A DNA stretch of 64,000 bases, from positions 14,012,001 through 14,076,000 of the forward strand of contig JBHGNT010000004.1 in the NCBI GenBank assembly GCA_043228905.1, given 5' to 3'. Shown one piece after another: positions 1 through 10,500 of the stretch. The notes under the pieces were generated by a model. That model was not told the origin of the DNA and did no database searches. It worked only from the letters and a program-made list of their open reading frames with translations. Numbering within the stretch: position 1 is the first letter of the stretch; each line of letters opens with the position of its first letter. Origin of the DNA: Azolla caroliniana. Its lineage: Eukaryota > Plantae > Polypodiophyta. A program made the translations under genes and the position numbers.

Positions 1-487
1 GGCACAGGCAAAACAACACTTGAAACCTCTGAGCGGAGTTTGCTGGATAATTTGGAGGAAGACTGAAGCCGGCTGTGGGTTCGAAGTGCAATGCACTTTC
101 CCACGGGCGTGCCATGTGTTGGCCGGTCAGAGAAGGCAAATGGGAAAGCAAGGTCGGATCGGATAAATATAGAAATAGGAATAGAATTATTAGGAGGGAC
201 GGATCCGGTAGTTGTAACCGATCCGGATCCGAACCGATTCGGTTTCGGTTAACGGTTGCCTACCGAGCACCGATTGTAATCTGGCCGGATGCCTATAAAA
301 GGATCCGATGTTTTGTAATGAAGTTGCGAAGAATTAATATAGTTTTGCTTATGCTGATTAATCTTGTCTTCGTCTGTGCTTAAGTGTAATTATCATACGC
401 GTGTATTAACATCCTATCCCTACCACCCCTTTGGAGAAGTGTCGGATAGACACCTGTGTTGCGGCTAGTCCAGCCATACATACAACA
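1..487 (+). mobile_element. 3' end of an Athila/Tat-related Gypsy element (Gypsy-0): end of extra ORF, tRNA-like segment, 3' LTR 117-487
   Basis: Frame 1 reads GTGKTTLETSERSLLDNLEED* (1-66), matching the C-terminus LETLEQSILDILDEE* of the extra ORF at 4399. LTR has TGTTG(117)...CAACA(487) termini and a TATAAAA at ~294. Confidence 0.85.
71..114 (+). other. tRNA-Arg 3'-end copy in the PPT position, 2 nt before the 3' LTR
   Basis: GGCTGTGGGTTCGA + AGTGCAATGCACT (hairpin, 85-97) + TTCCCACGGGCGTGCCA, then TG, then the LTR start TGTTG. No purine tract is present. Confidence 0.8.
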
Positions 488-669
488 TCGAGCTACCAAT
501 TCTCTCTGATACCATGTAAAGAATCAAGAGATGGATTCTTGTGAAGCAGAATAGGTGTGAACTCTGTGTGTGTGTGTGTGTATGAGATAGAGATAGATAG
601 ATAGATAGATAGATTATATTATCGTCTTTGGAGGTCAAATATGACCTATGAGACCAAAAATATTACATT

Positions 670-1580
670 TCACGTGATACATGTGAAAGTGAGTAGTGAC
701 TCTCGATGTTCAAGAACTTTACCAATGAATGTTGCAATTGAGAGTGCACATTGTGGTTGTGAGAGGAATTCATGCAAAGTATGGGCTCGATCGTAGAGAT
801 GTGGAAAGCATGGTCGAATATGATCAAAGGCAGAGCATTGTATCAAAGTGTGATACTCAGACTTGCGAACTTGTTTAGGGCAAAGTGTGCATACCCGACC
901 ACTCTCATCACTTGTACCCCAACGCCCTGTTTCACATCGCAATGCATGTGAGCTAAGTCGCATGGAAGCAATGGTTCGAATGGCAAATAACGGTATGGGC
1001 TCTAACATGTATGGATGTGTACGATTTCCCCGTTCCACAAACAATATGGTTTTGTAGTTAGGTGCAACATGTGGAGTATAATGTGTGAAGCGTGAGCCTC
1101 TATATTTGTCCCATGTCATGATACATTGGCGTTGCAAAAATGCCTCATTTACAGAGGAATCTAATGATGCATCATGAAGCAAGTGTCTTGCATCCCATCT
1201 ACCAAACCATTTTTCTATATCTTGCATCCAACCGGAACACAAAATTTTGCTTTTATGCGTCTTTTGAATCTTTTTGCTTGCTTCCCACGCAATTCTAGGA
1301 AGTCGATGTGAGGGACTTTTTTGAACCTTAAGCATGTATTCAACAACCCTTTCCATGGCCATGATCTCAATGGGAAGCGATCCCGTCTCAAGGAGGAGGA
1401 GGGTGTAGGGCGTTTGTTTCTTAACTTGTAGAAACTTGTTAAGAAAATGCTTTTGGACATTTTCAAACTCTTTCCACATAGATTTAGGGATGTTATCGCC
1501 CCATACTTCCACCCCATAGAGAAGAACCGGTGTCACCAAAGTGTCGAAAAGATATTTCTTGAGGACCCAACACTTAATAT
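670..1580 (-). pseudogene. LINE ORF2 C-terminal part
   Basis: LFDTLVTPVLLYGVEVWG and RLSSHALRCETGRW...CTLC...EYHTLIQC motifs. The N-terminus of the called 443-aa ORF is solo-LTR sequence. Confidence 0.85.
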
Positions 1581-2400
1581 TGTTGGGAGACAGGTCCCTC
1601 CGGATGGGAAGGGAGAAGAACAGTGCCGACGAACAAACTCGGCCGAGGCCGAAACGGTATGATGAGTACCCGGCTACGGAGAGCCGGATGGTGCAGGCCC
1701 GGTATGAACCGGATGAAGAGTACTCGGCTACGGAGAGCCGGATGGTGCAGGCCCGGTATGAACCGGATGAGGAGTACCCGGCTACGGAGAGCCGGATGGT
1801 GCAGGCCCGGTATGAACCGGATGAAGAGTACCCGGCTACGGAGAGCCGGATGGTGCAGGCCCGGTATGAACCGGATGAGGAGTACCCGGCTACGGAGAGT
1901 CGGATGGTGCAGGCCCGATATGAACCGGAGAAAGAGACATACTCGTAAATATGTTTCTGAGAGCCCATCGAGGCTATATTTGTAAATAGCCGAAAAGTCA
2001 TATTAGTATAAATATGACTTAGGGCAAACTTTTAGTGTGCGTGTTTTTTTTGGTCGTTGTCATTCTTCCTTGTTGGTGCAAGAAGAAGAGAGAGCGCGTA
2101 ACTGTACAGAGAGAGTGAGAGAGACGAGGTCGTTGCCTCTGTTGTAACCGCCGCCTGTGGCGAAGATCCGTGAGCACGAGGTCGTTGCCTCAGTGAACTC
2201 ACTGTTGTATATTCCTACACAGTGACAGTTTGCAGCCTGTGGGCTGCCGTGGTTTTTCCCCTAGTTTGGGGTTTTCCACGTTAACCTCCTGTGTACCATT
2301 TCTCCTCTTTGTGTCGCGTTTCATTACCCGTTTTTCTGTGTATGAGAAGAATCTCGGTTGTGGCCGAGCGTCGCGCATAAGGAACGTTGCATTCCCGTCA
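1581..2400 (+). mobile_element. Solo LTR (820 bp) of the Tork/Tnt1-like Copia group
   Basis: TGTTGG...CCGTCA termini and TSD AATAT (1576-1580, 2401-2405). Shares the promoter palindromes and the CTCGGTTGTGGCCGAG U5 motif with the Copia B, C and D LTRs. Confidence 0.92.
1664..1930 (+). repeat. 54-bp tandem repeat x5 in the U3 of the solo LTR
   Basis: Unit GAGTACCCGGCTACGGAGAGCCGGATGGTGCAGGCCCGGTATGAACCGGATGAA; starts at 1664 and 1718 give a period of 54. Confidence 0.95.
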
Positions 2401-3909
2401 AATATCTCCAAGATTGCATGTGTTCTCAAATGCATAGTATGCTCAATTGCCCGCCTTTAAGCGGCGTGTAGCACATTCATTCTATCTATGATTTGAAGGA
2501 ACATAAAGGCCAAGATATTTGAAGCTTGCCACACATTCAAGTGGCTCATTTTTGTACATAATGCATGGTTTATCTCTTTTTTGGCTCTTCACAAGAATAA
2601 TCTTTGTTTTAGAACTATTGACACTTAATTTAGTATGCATGCAAAATTTTTGCAATGCCTTCATAAGCTTTTGTGCATCTCCTAAAGTATTTGCAAAAAG
2701 CACTACATCATCTGCATATAGCAAAAGCATAATCACAACATTCCCAATGACGACTTCTTCCTTTGAGAACTTGGTAACCATTTCTTCCAATTCATCAATG
2801 CATAGACCAAATAGTGTTGGTGAGAGTGGGCATCCTTGCTTAACACCAATAGTGCTTTTGAAAAAATCTGAAAGTTTATCTCTCATGTGCACACAAAATA
2901 TAACCTTCTCATAAATTCGGGAAATTGCAAGCATATATTCACTTGGCACCTCAAGTTCTTCCATTCGCCTCCAAAGATGCTCACGAGGTACCATATCAAA
3001 AGCTTTCTTGAAGTCTACAGAGAAACAATATAAACCTTTACCTCTAAGGCGACTTTCCTCCATTAATATTCGAAGGGTGATAAGGCGATCAATGGTGCTA
3101 TGGTGTTTCTGAAAGCCAACTTGTCCATAAGCTCTCTTACCACTTTTTTCAGCCCATACACTTATCTTTGATTCCATTATACATCCAAATAGTTTTGCCA
3201 TTAATGAGCCAACCATGATGGTTCGATAGTTGTTTACATTATTTATATCTCCACCTTTATGTAAAGGTTTGATCCAATTTGTAGTCCAATTGTACGGCAT
3301 ACCATGTTGCAATGCATCATTAAACATATCGCTTATCCATATATGTGCTTCCTTTCCCATCCATTTGAGCATTTCAGCCTTTATACATTGAAGATCGCTT
3401 GCCTTTCGAGAGGCCAATTTCTTAAGTCCTATGCATATATCTTCAATTGTAAAGAAGGGAGGCATATGTGATCTTTTTGGCAAGAGATAACTCATATTAA
3501 TTCCTACAATGCATAGACAAGTCGTGAAGAGTTAAGTCACCATAACTCTCAACACGTTTTCCCTTTAGATTTCCCCAAAATTTAGCACATGCATGTGCTT
3601 TCTCTTGCGTTTGGATAAATTGTTGAGTAACTTCCCATATTCTTCTCTTTCTTTGAATAAGTCTTTTATACTCATGCAAATGCTTTTGGTAATTCTCTTT
3701 ATCCTTAACTACATCCAAAACCATAAGGCACTTTCGAGCTTCACAACATTCTTTATCAAACCATTTTTTCCTAAGTTTCTTGGTGCATTTCCAAAATGTG
3801 CGGTTGGTCGAAAAACATTTGTTTGTACATGAGAGAATGCCTTTCTTGAAAGCTTCCCATTTGCATTCTAGTGTGGCACCATGTTGTATCTTTGTCATTT
3901 GTAACATAT
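2401..3909 (-). pseudogene. LINE ORF2 reverse transcriptase region
   Basis: NNYRTIMV, VDFKKAFDMV, GVKQGCPLSPTLF, LLYADDVVL and FKYLG motifs. Frame disruptions near 3496 and 2482. Confidence 0.92.
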
Positions 3910-4344
3910 TGTTAACTCTTAGGGTCGGACAGTGGCCTAACACAAGGTGTCTACGGAAGACACTTCACCAAAGGGTGTTACGGCAACCGGATTAGACTCA
4001 ATGCTTAATCTGACTTAATTAAGTTACTTAGCATGATCGTCTTTCATAATCACACGCATAAGATATAACAATTAAGACAGAACGACAATTAACATAGAGA
4101 GATAACAACGCTAAGCTTTTATTAATTAACCGCTATTCATTACATTGTATCCGGGACTTTAAATAGGTTTCCGGTCTGTATTACAAAACGGTGCCATCCG
4201 CACCTGTTCGGGATCGGTCCGGATCTGGAACGGCATACCGATTCCGGTCCGTCTCTCCACACTCATAGCTTAATTACAACCACATTCCTACTACTTAAAT
4301 AACTCTCCGTTTCCCACTCTGGACTCCTTTGCCAGACGGTAACA
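3910..4344 (-). repeat. 3' LTR of Gypsy-1
   Basis: Direct repeat of 13427-13861 with TGTTA...TAACA termini. Confidence 0.96.
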
Positions 4345-4346
4345 CA

Positions 4347-4390
4347 TGGCACGCCCGTGGGACAGTACCTTGTACGTCGAATCCACAACC
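4347..4390 (-). other. tRNA-Arg 3'-end copy in the PPT position (reads as a PBS on the opposite strand)
   Basis: Plus strand reads TGGCACGCCCGTGGGAC + AGTACCTTGTACG + TCGAATCCACAACC, starting 2 nt (CA) inside the 3' LTR boundary. Confidence 0.8.
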
Positions 4391-4398
4391 GACCCTTG

Positions 4399-7395
4399 CT
4401 ATTCTTCGTCCAAAATATCTAGAATGCTTTGTTCGAGAGTCTCCAATGGTTCATCTGGAATTGGTTGTTGTTGTTGTTGATGCTCTGTTGATGTCTGCTG
4501 CGACGGGTCCGTTGATGGCTGTTGCGGCTGCTCCTCCGTTTGTTGCTCTGACACCGGCGTCTCCGTCGTTGCTCCCTTCATCGTAGTGGTCTCCGGTTGA
4601 CTGGTTCCGGGCTGGGACTCAGCCAACGACGGTTCCTCATCACTAAGGTTAACCGTTGCCGCTTCCCGTGCTTTTTCTTCCCGAACCCGGGACCGCTCGT
4701 AGCTTTCAAACTGGATTTGAGTGTCCAGCCTATCATCGTCTAGCTGAGCTACAAGCTGCTTGACCTGCGCCAGCTGTTCATCTGCCAGGACTTGGAAGTC
4801 GTGGGCCAGCTCGTCCCGTATGGCGGTGAAGTCCTCGGAAGTCAACGTATAACAATCATCTCCTTCCTTCCGCCGGTTTGCCACGTCTGCCCGTAGCAAT
4901 TGGAGTTCCGCCGCGTTTTGTGCCCACTTTGTCCACCATCTTACGGAGCTTTCATCAATCAAGTGTTTTGTTTGATTCAGCCATGCCCGGAGGATGGACT
5001 GAATCCGACCCGTTCCCAATTGTGATTTGGTTTCTGCCGCTTGTCGTTCCTCCTTCAGTTGCTTGATGATTTTGACGTTGTCTTCCGCCTGCGCCTTGTA
5101 ATGCGTCAATTGCCTTTGATATGTGCTTTGTAATTTCTGCAATACTGTTGACGCTCTCTCTTTTTCTTCCTACTGCTGCCTCTGGAGCTCCATCCGGACC
5201 TTCTCCACCTCGTCCAAGCGTCTTGTATTTTCCGCACGTTCGTCGGCGATCGCCGTCGCGGCCCGATCAACTTCCTGCTGGAGCTCGACCATCCGTTCCT
5301 TATGCTCCGTTTCCAGCCGTTTGTAGTCCCGGTGCAGGTGCTGAAAATCATCTGTCTTTTGCTTGAGCCGTGCATTGATCTGTCGACGGGCCCGATCCTC
5401 GCGGTCCTTCTGCTGGCGGAGCTCTTCCTTTAGCCGTTCAATTTCCGTTTCCGCCATCTTCCGCAACTTGTCTTTTTCCTGCAACACTTTGTCTTTTTCC
5501 TCCCTTAGCCGGTCGTACGCTTGATGGGCTTTCCGGAGGCTCTCCTCTGCCCGACGGAGGTTCTCAGCAGTCTTCTTTAATTCGACTTCGGCCGCTGTCT
5601 TCAATTCCCGTTCAAGACTCCTTAGCGCTTCCTGTGCGGCAAGTTCATCTCTCAATTCCGCAAGCTCCTGGGCTTGCGCCGCATCTCTCGCCGGAACGGT
5701 TTCCGTTGCCGGGGTCTTATTGGTATGTACAGGTCGATCCGTTTCTTTATTCTGTACACTTACCGGAGTCACCGGTGATTGGATCTGTGTTGCCGTTAAG
5801 GCCATTTTGGCGATCTCTGTCGTGACCTGATCCAAGTCTTTTTCAAGGCACCGGATTCTGGACTGGGCCATTTCTAGTTGTTCGGTTGTGACGAGCAACC
5901 GTTCGCTTTGCGCTCTTTCTTCCGCCTCAATATACCCCACTGCTCTGGCTATCTGTTCGCCTATCCACTGGAGCCACAGGCTACCGGTGCCTTGTTGTGC
6001 TTGCATGGAGGTTTGATCGATGGGCTCACTTGTAGATGGGTGGTCCCGCTTGGTTGCGCCGAGTTGCAGTTCCGTTTCTGCCCGTGGACCACCCTGCTGT
6101 TCTGGTTCCCCTTGCGCTTCTTCTTGGTTGGCAGAGGGAGGCTGCATTGACCTTTCCGGCTTTGGCGGGATGGGACTTGCCGGTGGTGCCGGGGCTTCTG
6201 ATTCCGGTGCCATGCGCACCGGTTCCGGTTCCTTCCTTGGCGTGGGAGTCTCAGTATGGGGAGCCGGTGTTCCCTCCGTTTGAGGGTCCGAACGTTTCCC
6301 TACTACCTCAACGGTCCTTGCCGACGACCGTCGCTGGAGGTGCTCCGTAGGCTCCTCCTCTATTTCCTCTTCCTGAGTCCCGGCATTGAGTTTCGCCGCC
6401 AAGGGGTCCGCTTCTCTATTCACCGGTCGGCGGAGTGTAACCTTTACGTGCCGTGCCGGTGGTTCCTCCTGCGCATCCGTTGGCCGCTTCCGGCTGCCGC
6501 TCTCCTTTCCCGCGTGTTCTGCATCCGCCGCCTTCCCCTTAGTGGCCTTAGAGGCCAACAACTGTTGTCGTTTGGAAGCCGTCTTTGGAGTGCTGTCCGC
6601 CACTCTACCTCGCTTCTTGGGCTGGACGGGTTGGACGGGTGGCACAAGCAAGGTGAGCCACTGCGTTACGGCGTGCCATATCCTCCGTCCGTCTCGGCCT
6701 TCTTTGCCGTCTTTGCCTCTAACGATCTCGATCGCCGCACACAACCCGTTTGCGATCAATACCGGCCAATCCACCTTGATCCCTTCATAGGTGGCGATGA
6801 TCATCCCTGCCCGGTTCTGCGGCATGACAGGGGGTCTAGGGTACACGTGACCGTATTCGTGGAGCACACGAGCAATCTCATGGAACAACATATCTCCACC
6901 GCCCTGTGTCCGGTAGCCCTTGTTGGCTAGAGAGTACTCACCAAAATACCTGATGAGTTGCTCCGAGGTTGGATTGTCAATCGTGAGTATGCCTCCCTCC
7001 GGAAGGCCTGTTAACGCTCGAATCGCCTCTGCCGTTATGACCTCTGTGTCGATTTCTTTGATCACTTTGTCGGCTTCTTTGTGTGGCGGTACTTCCATCA
7101 TCATCAAGAAGCCCTCGAGCCCGTGTTGCTTTAGCCATCTCTTCGCGGCTTCCGACAGCGTTTGCGGGTCCATGTCTGTGTCGAGGTCGGATTGCGGTGG
7201 CGAGGTTGGATGGTGATGAGAGTGAGGTTGAGAGAGAGAGAGTTCAGAAGGCGGGGGTTCTCTGTGCGTAGGTTCTCGTCTGATGATCTTGCAGCGTCTT
7301 GGTGCTTCAGTGCTCCTGGGTTCGCGAAAGTAAAGGGTCTCTACGCGCAGTGGTTTTTGTCTGTGCATTCTGGCGCCTTTTTCGAGTGTGTGCAT
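4399..7395 (-). pseudogene. Extra ORF (env position) of Gypsy-1, ~999 codons with one in-frame stop at 5170-5172; N-terminal globular domain, disordered linker, long coiled coil
   Basis: ORFs 5170-7395 and 4399-5142 are in the same frame. The RYFGEYS...VDW block is conserved in Gypsy-2 (44928-45275). Confidence 0.85.
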
Positions 7396-7556
7396 GTCGT
7401 GTACTAAAATAGCATTATGTCCTGTGGTGGCGCTTTAAATGCCCACTACGTACCTTTTCGCTCCTTGCTCTTTCATCCATTCATTCCTCGCTTTTGCATG
7501 ATTGTTTTCTTTCTTTCTTTTTTTTTTTTTTGGTTATTATTATTATTAGTGTGACG

Positions 7557-10500
7557 TTACTTGTCCGTTGGTCCTCTTAGACCCTTACCGGCCTCATTCT
7601 CCCCAGTTACCGGCTCGCCGTCTTCGCCGTCTTGGTGGTTGCCGTTTCCCTCACTAGTGTTGGTCCTTTGCTCAAATGGGTTCTTAGGCATCGGTCCTCT
7701 ATATGGCTTCAATCGGAATCCGTTGACCCATTTGCCTAGCACTTCGTCGGCAAGTGTCCCTAACTGGTAGGACCCATTATACTCCCGTGTTAGCCAATAC
7801 GGTCCGGTCCATCTAAACTGTAGTTTACCCGGCATCTTGCCCATCCGGGTCTGAAATACTAACACCGGTTTGCCGATTGCGAACATTTTTTCGTTTCCTT
7901 TCCTGTGCCGGTCGACAAATGCTTTCCGTCGCCGTTGTTCCAGTTCTAAGTGCAGGATGCTTGCCAGTCGTTGTTCCTCGAGTTCACACAACGCTGTCTA
8001 CTGTATTGCCTCCGACTCCTTCTCGTTCAGCTGTTCCCGTAGCTGGATCCGTAAGCTGGGTACTTGGAATTCCACCGGCATTACCGCCTCTAGTCCGAAC
8101 GCTAACCGGAACGGTTTTTTTCGGATGCTCGTCTTGTATGCCGTCCGGTATGCCCAAACCGCCCTATGTAGCTTGGTATCCCAATCCGTTCGGTTTTCGT
8201 TGACGATCTTCCGGAGGATATTCTGGAGCATCTTGTTCGTTGATTCCGCTAACCCGTTCACTTGCGGATAGTAAGGTGTGCTCCGTTTGTGGACAACGGC
8301 ATAGAATGTCGTCAAGCTTTCCACTACTTGGCCGAGAAAGTGCCCCCCTTGGTCGCTTATTAATTCGATTGGGCATCCGTAACGGCACCAGATGTACTCG
8401 TATAGAAATTTCGCCGTTGACGCAGCGGTGTTGTCCTTTAAAGCTTTGGCCTCCACCCATTTCGTGCAGTAATCCGTCGCGACGATGACGTACCGATTAC
8501 CCGTTCTCATTGCCGGTGGCTTGAACGGTCCAACAAAGTCCAGCCCCCACTTCTGGAATGGCTCGAGTAGTAGTACTGGCTGGTGTGGCATACGCGCCTG
8601 CTCCGTTGGCTGGCCCATTCGTTGGCATAGGTCACATTCTTTTGCGTACCGTACCGCATCTCTTAATGTCGTTGGCCACCATAGGCCACTTTGCCATATT
8701 TTCCTGGCCGTCGCATCTCCGGCATAGTGACCTCCGGCAACTCCGCAGTGGGCTTCCCTCAGTATCAGTTCCTTTTCATCGCTGCGCACCGCCTGTCTCC
8801 ATATGCCGTCCGTGCCCTTGTGGTAAAGTGTGTCTTGTAGGAAGCAGAAATGTCGGCTTTGCACCGCCAGGCGTTTCTGTTCGTCCCGGTTCATCTCTTC
8901 CGGAGGCAGTCCTGTGCTCAGAAACTGGTGCATATTTGTGAGCCGCTTGTCTTCCTGTGCCACCGTCTCATCTGCTACCGTCTCCGTAGTGACTCGAAAC
9001 AGCTCCGCATCCGGAAACTCATCCGCTACTCCGTCACCCGTCTCTCCGGACTCTAATCGGCTTAAGTAATCCACCACGGCATGTTGTATACCGGGTTGGT
9101 GGAATATTTCAAACTCGAATTCCTGTAACAGTAAGGTCCACCGGGCCAATTTTCCGGTGAGTGACGCTTTGGACACCAGGTAAAGGAGTGCCGAATGATC
9201 TACATGGAAGGAAAACTTCCTTCCCAATAAATAATGCCGAAACTTTGTCACACTGTAGATCATCCCTAGAGCTTCCCGTTTCGTGGTAGAGTAGTTCCAT
9301 TCTGCTTGGGATAGCTTTCGGCTGGCATAGTACACTGGCCGGTACCACTTTGGCTCCGTAAGCTGCATCAGTACGCTTCCGATTGCGATGTCGGAGGTGT
9401 CCACGAACACGTGAAATTCTTTACTCCAATCCGGAGGCTGCACTACCGGTGCCTGCGACAATAGTACCTTGAGGGCCCTATACGCCCTATCCTCGGTGTC
9501 GGTCCACTGGAATGGTGTCCGATGTACGGCGGCATGCAACAGTGTAGCCAGGTCGGCCAAGTATCGGAGCATCCGGCTGTGCCACCGGATCTAGCCTAAG
9601 AACCGGCTTAATGCCTTTGCCGTTGTCGGCGCTGGTGTTTCCAATATGGCTTTCACTTTGTCCGGATCGACTGCAATACCTTCCTGGCTCACAATATGTC
9701 CTAATAGCGTTCCACTGGACACTCCAAATACACATTTTGCCGGATTCAAGCTTAGCCGGTACGCTCTACACTTTTCAAGACAAAGGCGGAGGTGCTGAAA
9801 ATGGTCCTCCTCTCGGCTATAGACGGCGAAATCGTCAAGGAAAACCTGCATAAAAACCGGAATATATTCACCAAAGATTTCCATGATGATTCGTTGAAAT
9901 GTTGCCGGTGCCGTTTTGAGTCCGAACATCATCACCACGGCCACAAACACCCCCCATTCGGTGACGAAAGCCGTTTTCTCTTGGTCGTCGGGGTGCATCC
10001 GGATCTGATTTTACCCGCTGAATCCGTCTAGGAAACTATAGAACTCATGGCCGACAACGGCATCCAACACTCCATCTGTGAACGGAAGTGGAAACGCATC
10101 CGTTACCGTAGCTGCATTGAGTTTCCGGTAGTCCACACAAACTCGAATTTTTCCGTTCTTCTTCGGTACGACTACGATCGGGCTCAGCCATGTTGCTTTC
10201 TTTACCGGACGGATAAAGCCAACTCTTAGCAGTTTGTCGATTTCCTCCTTGACTTTGGCGGCATAATTGGGATTCATCCGGTACCGTCTTTGTGCCACTG
10301 GTTTTGCGTCCTTGCTCAAGTGCACCTGATGCTGGTATAACTGAGGGTCGAGTCCTCGCATGTCTTCGTATGACCAGGCGAACACATCGTGAAATTCCGT
10401 GAGAAGTGTGATCATCGCCATTTTGTCTTCGGACTTCATCTCCTTGGCGATGTGCACCGGTTTTGCTTCGTCCGTGGTCCCTAGGTTCACCTCTTCCAGT

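Noticed and set aside
1541-2001. Repeat-protein ORFs (YPATESRMVQARYEPDEE)n and (SSGSYRACTIRLSVAGY)n
   Set aside because: By-products of a 54-bp tandem repeat in a solo LTR; the apparent fusion to LINE ORF2 is an insertion artefact.
4345-4390. Gypsy-1 being a plus-strand element with this as its ordinary PBS, or this being a tRNA gene
   Set aside because: All coding domains and a second PBS are on the minus strand. Only the 3' part of a tRNA is present, with encoded CCA and no D or anticodon arms.
5634-7407. Many short plus-strand ORFs opposite coding regions (also elsewhere in the window)
   Set aside because: Shadow ORFs of GC-rich retroelement genes with no recognisable motifs.
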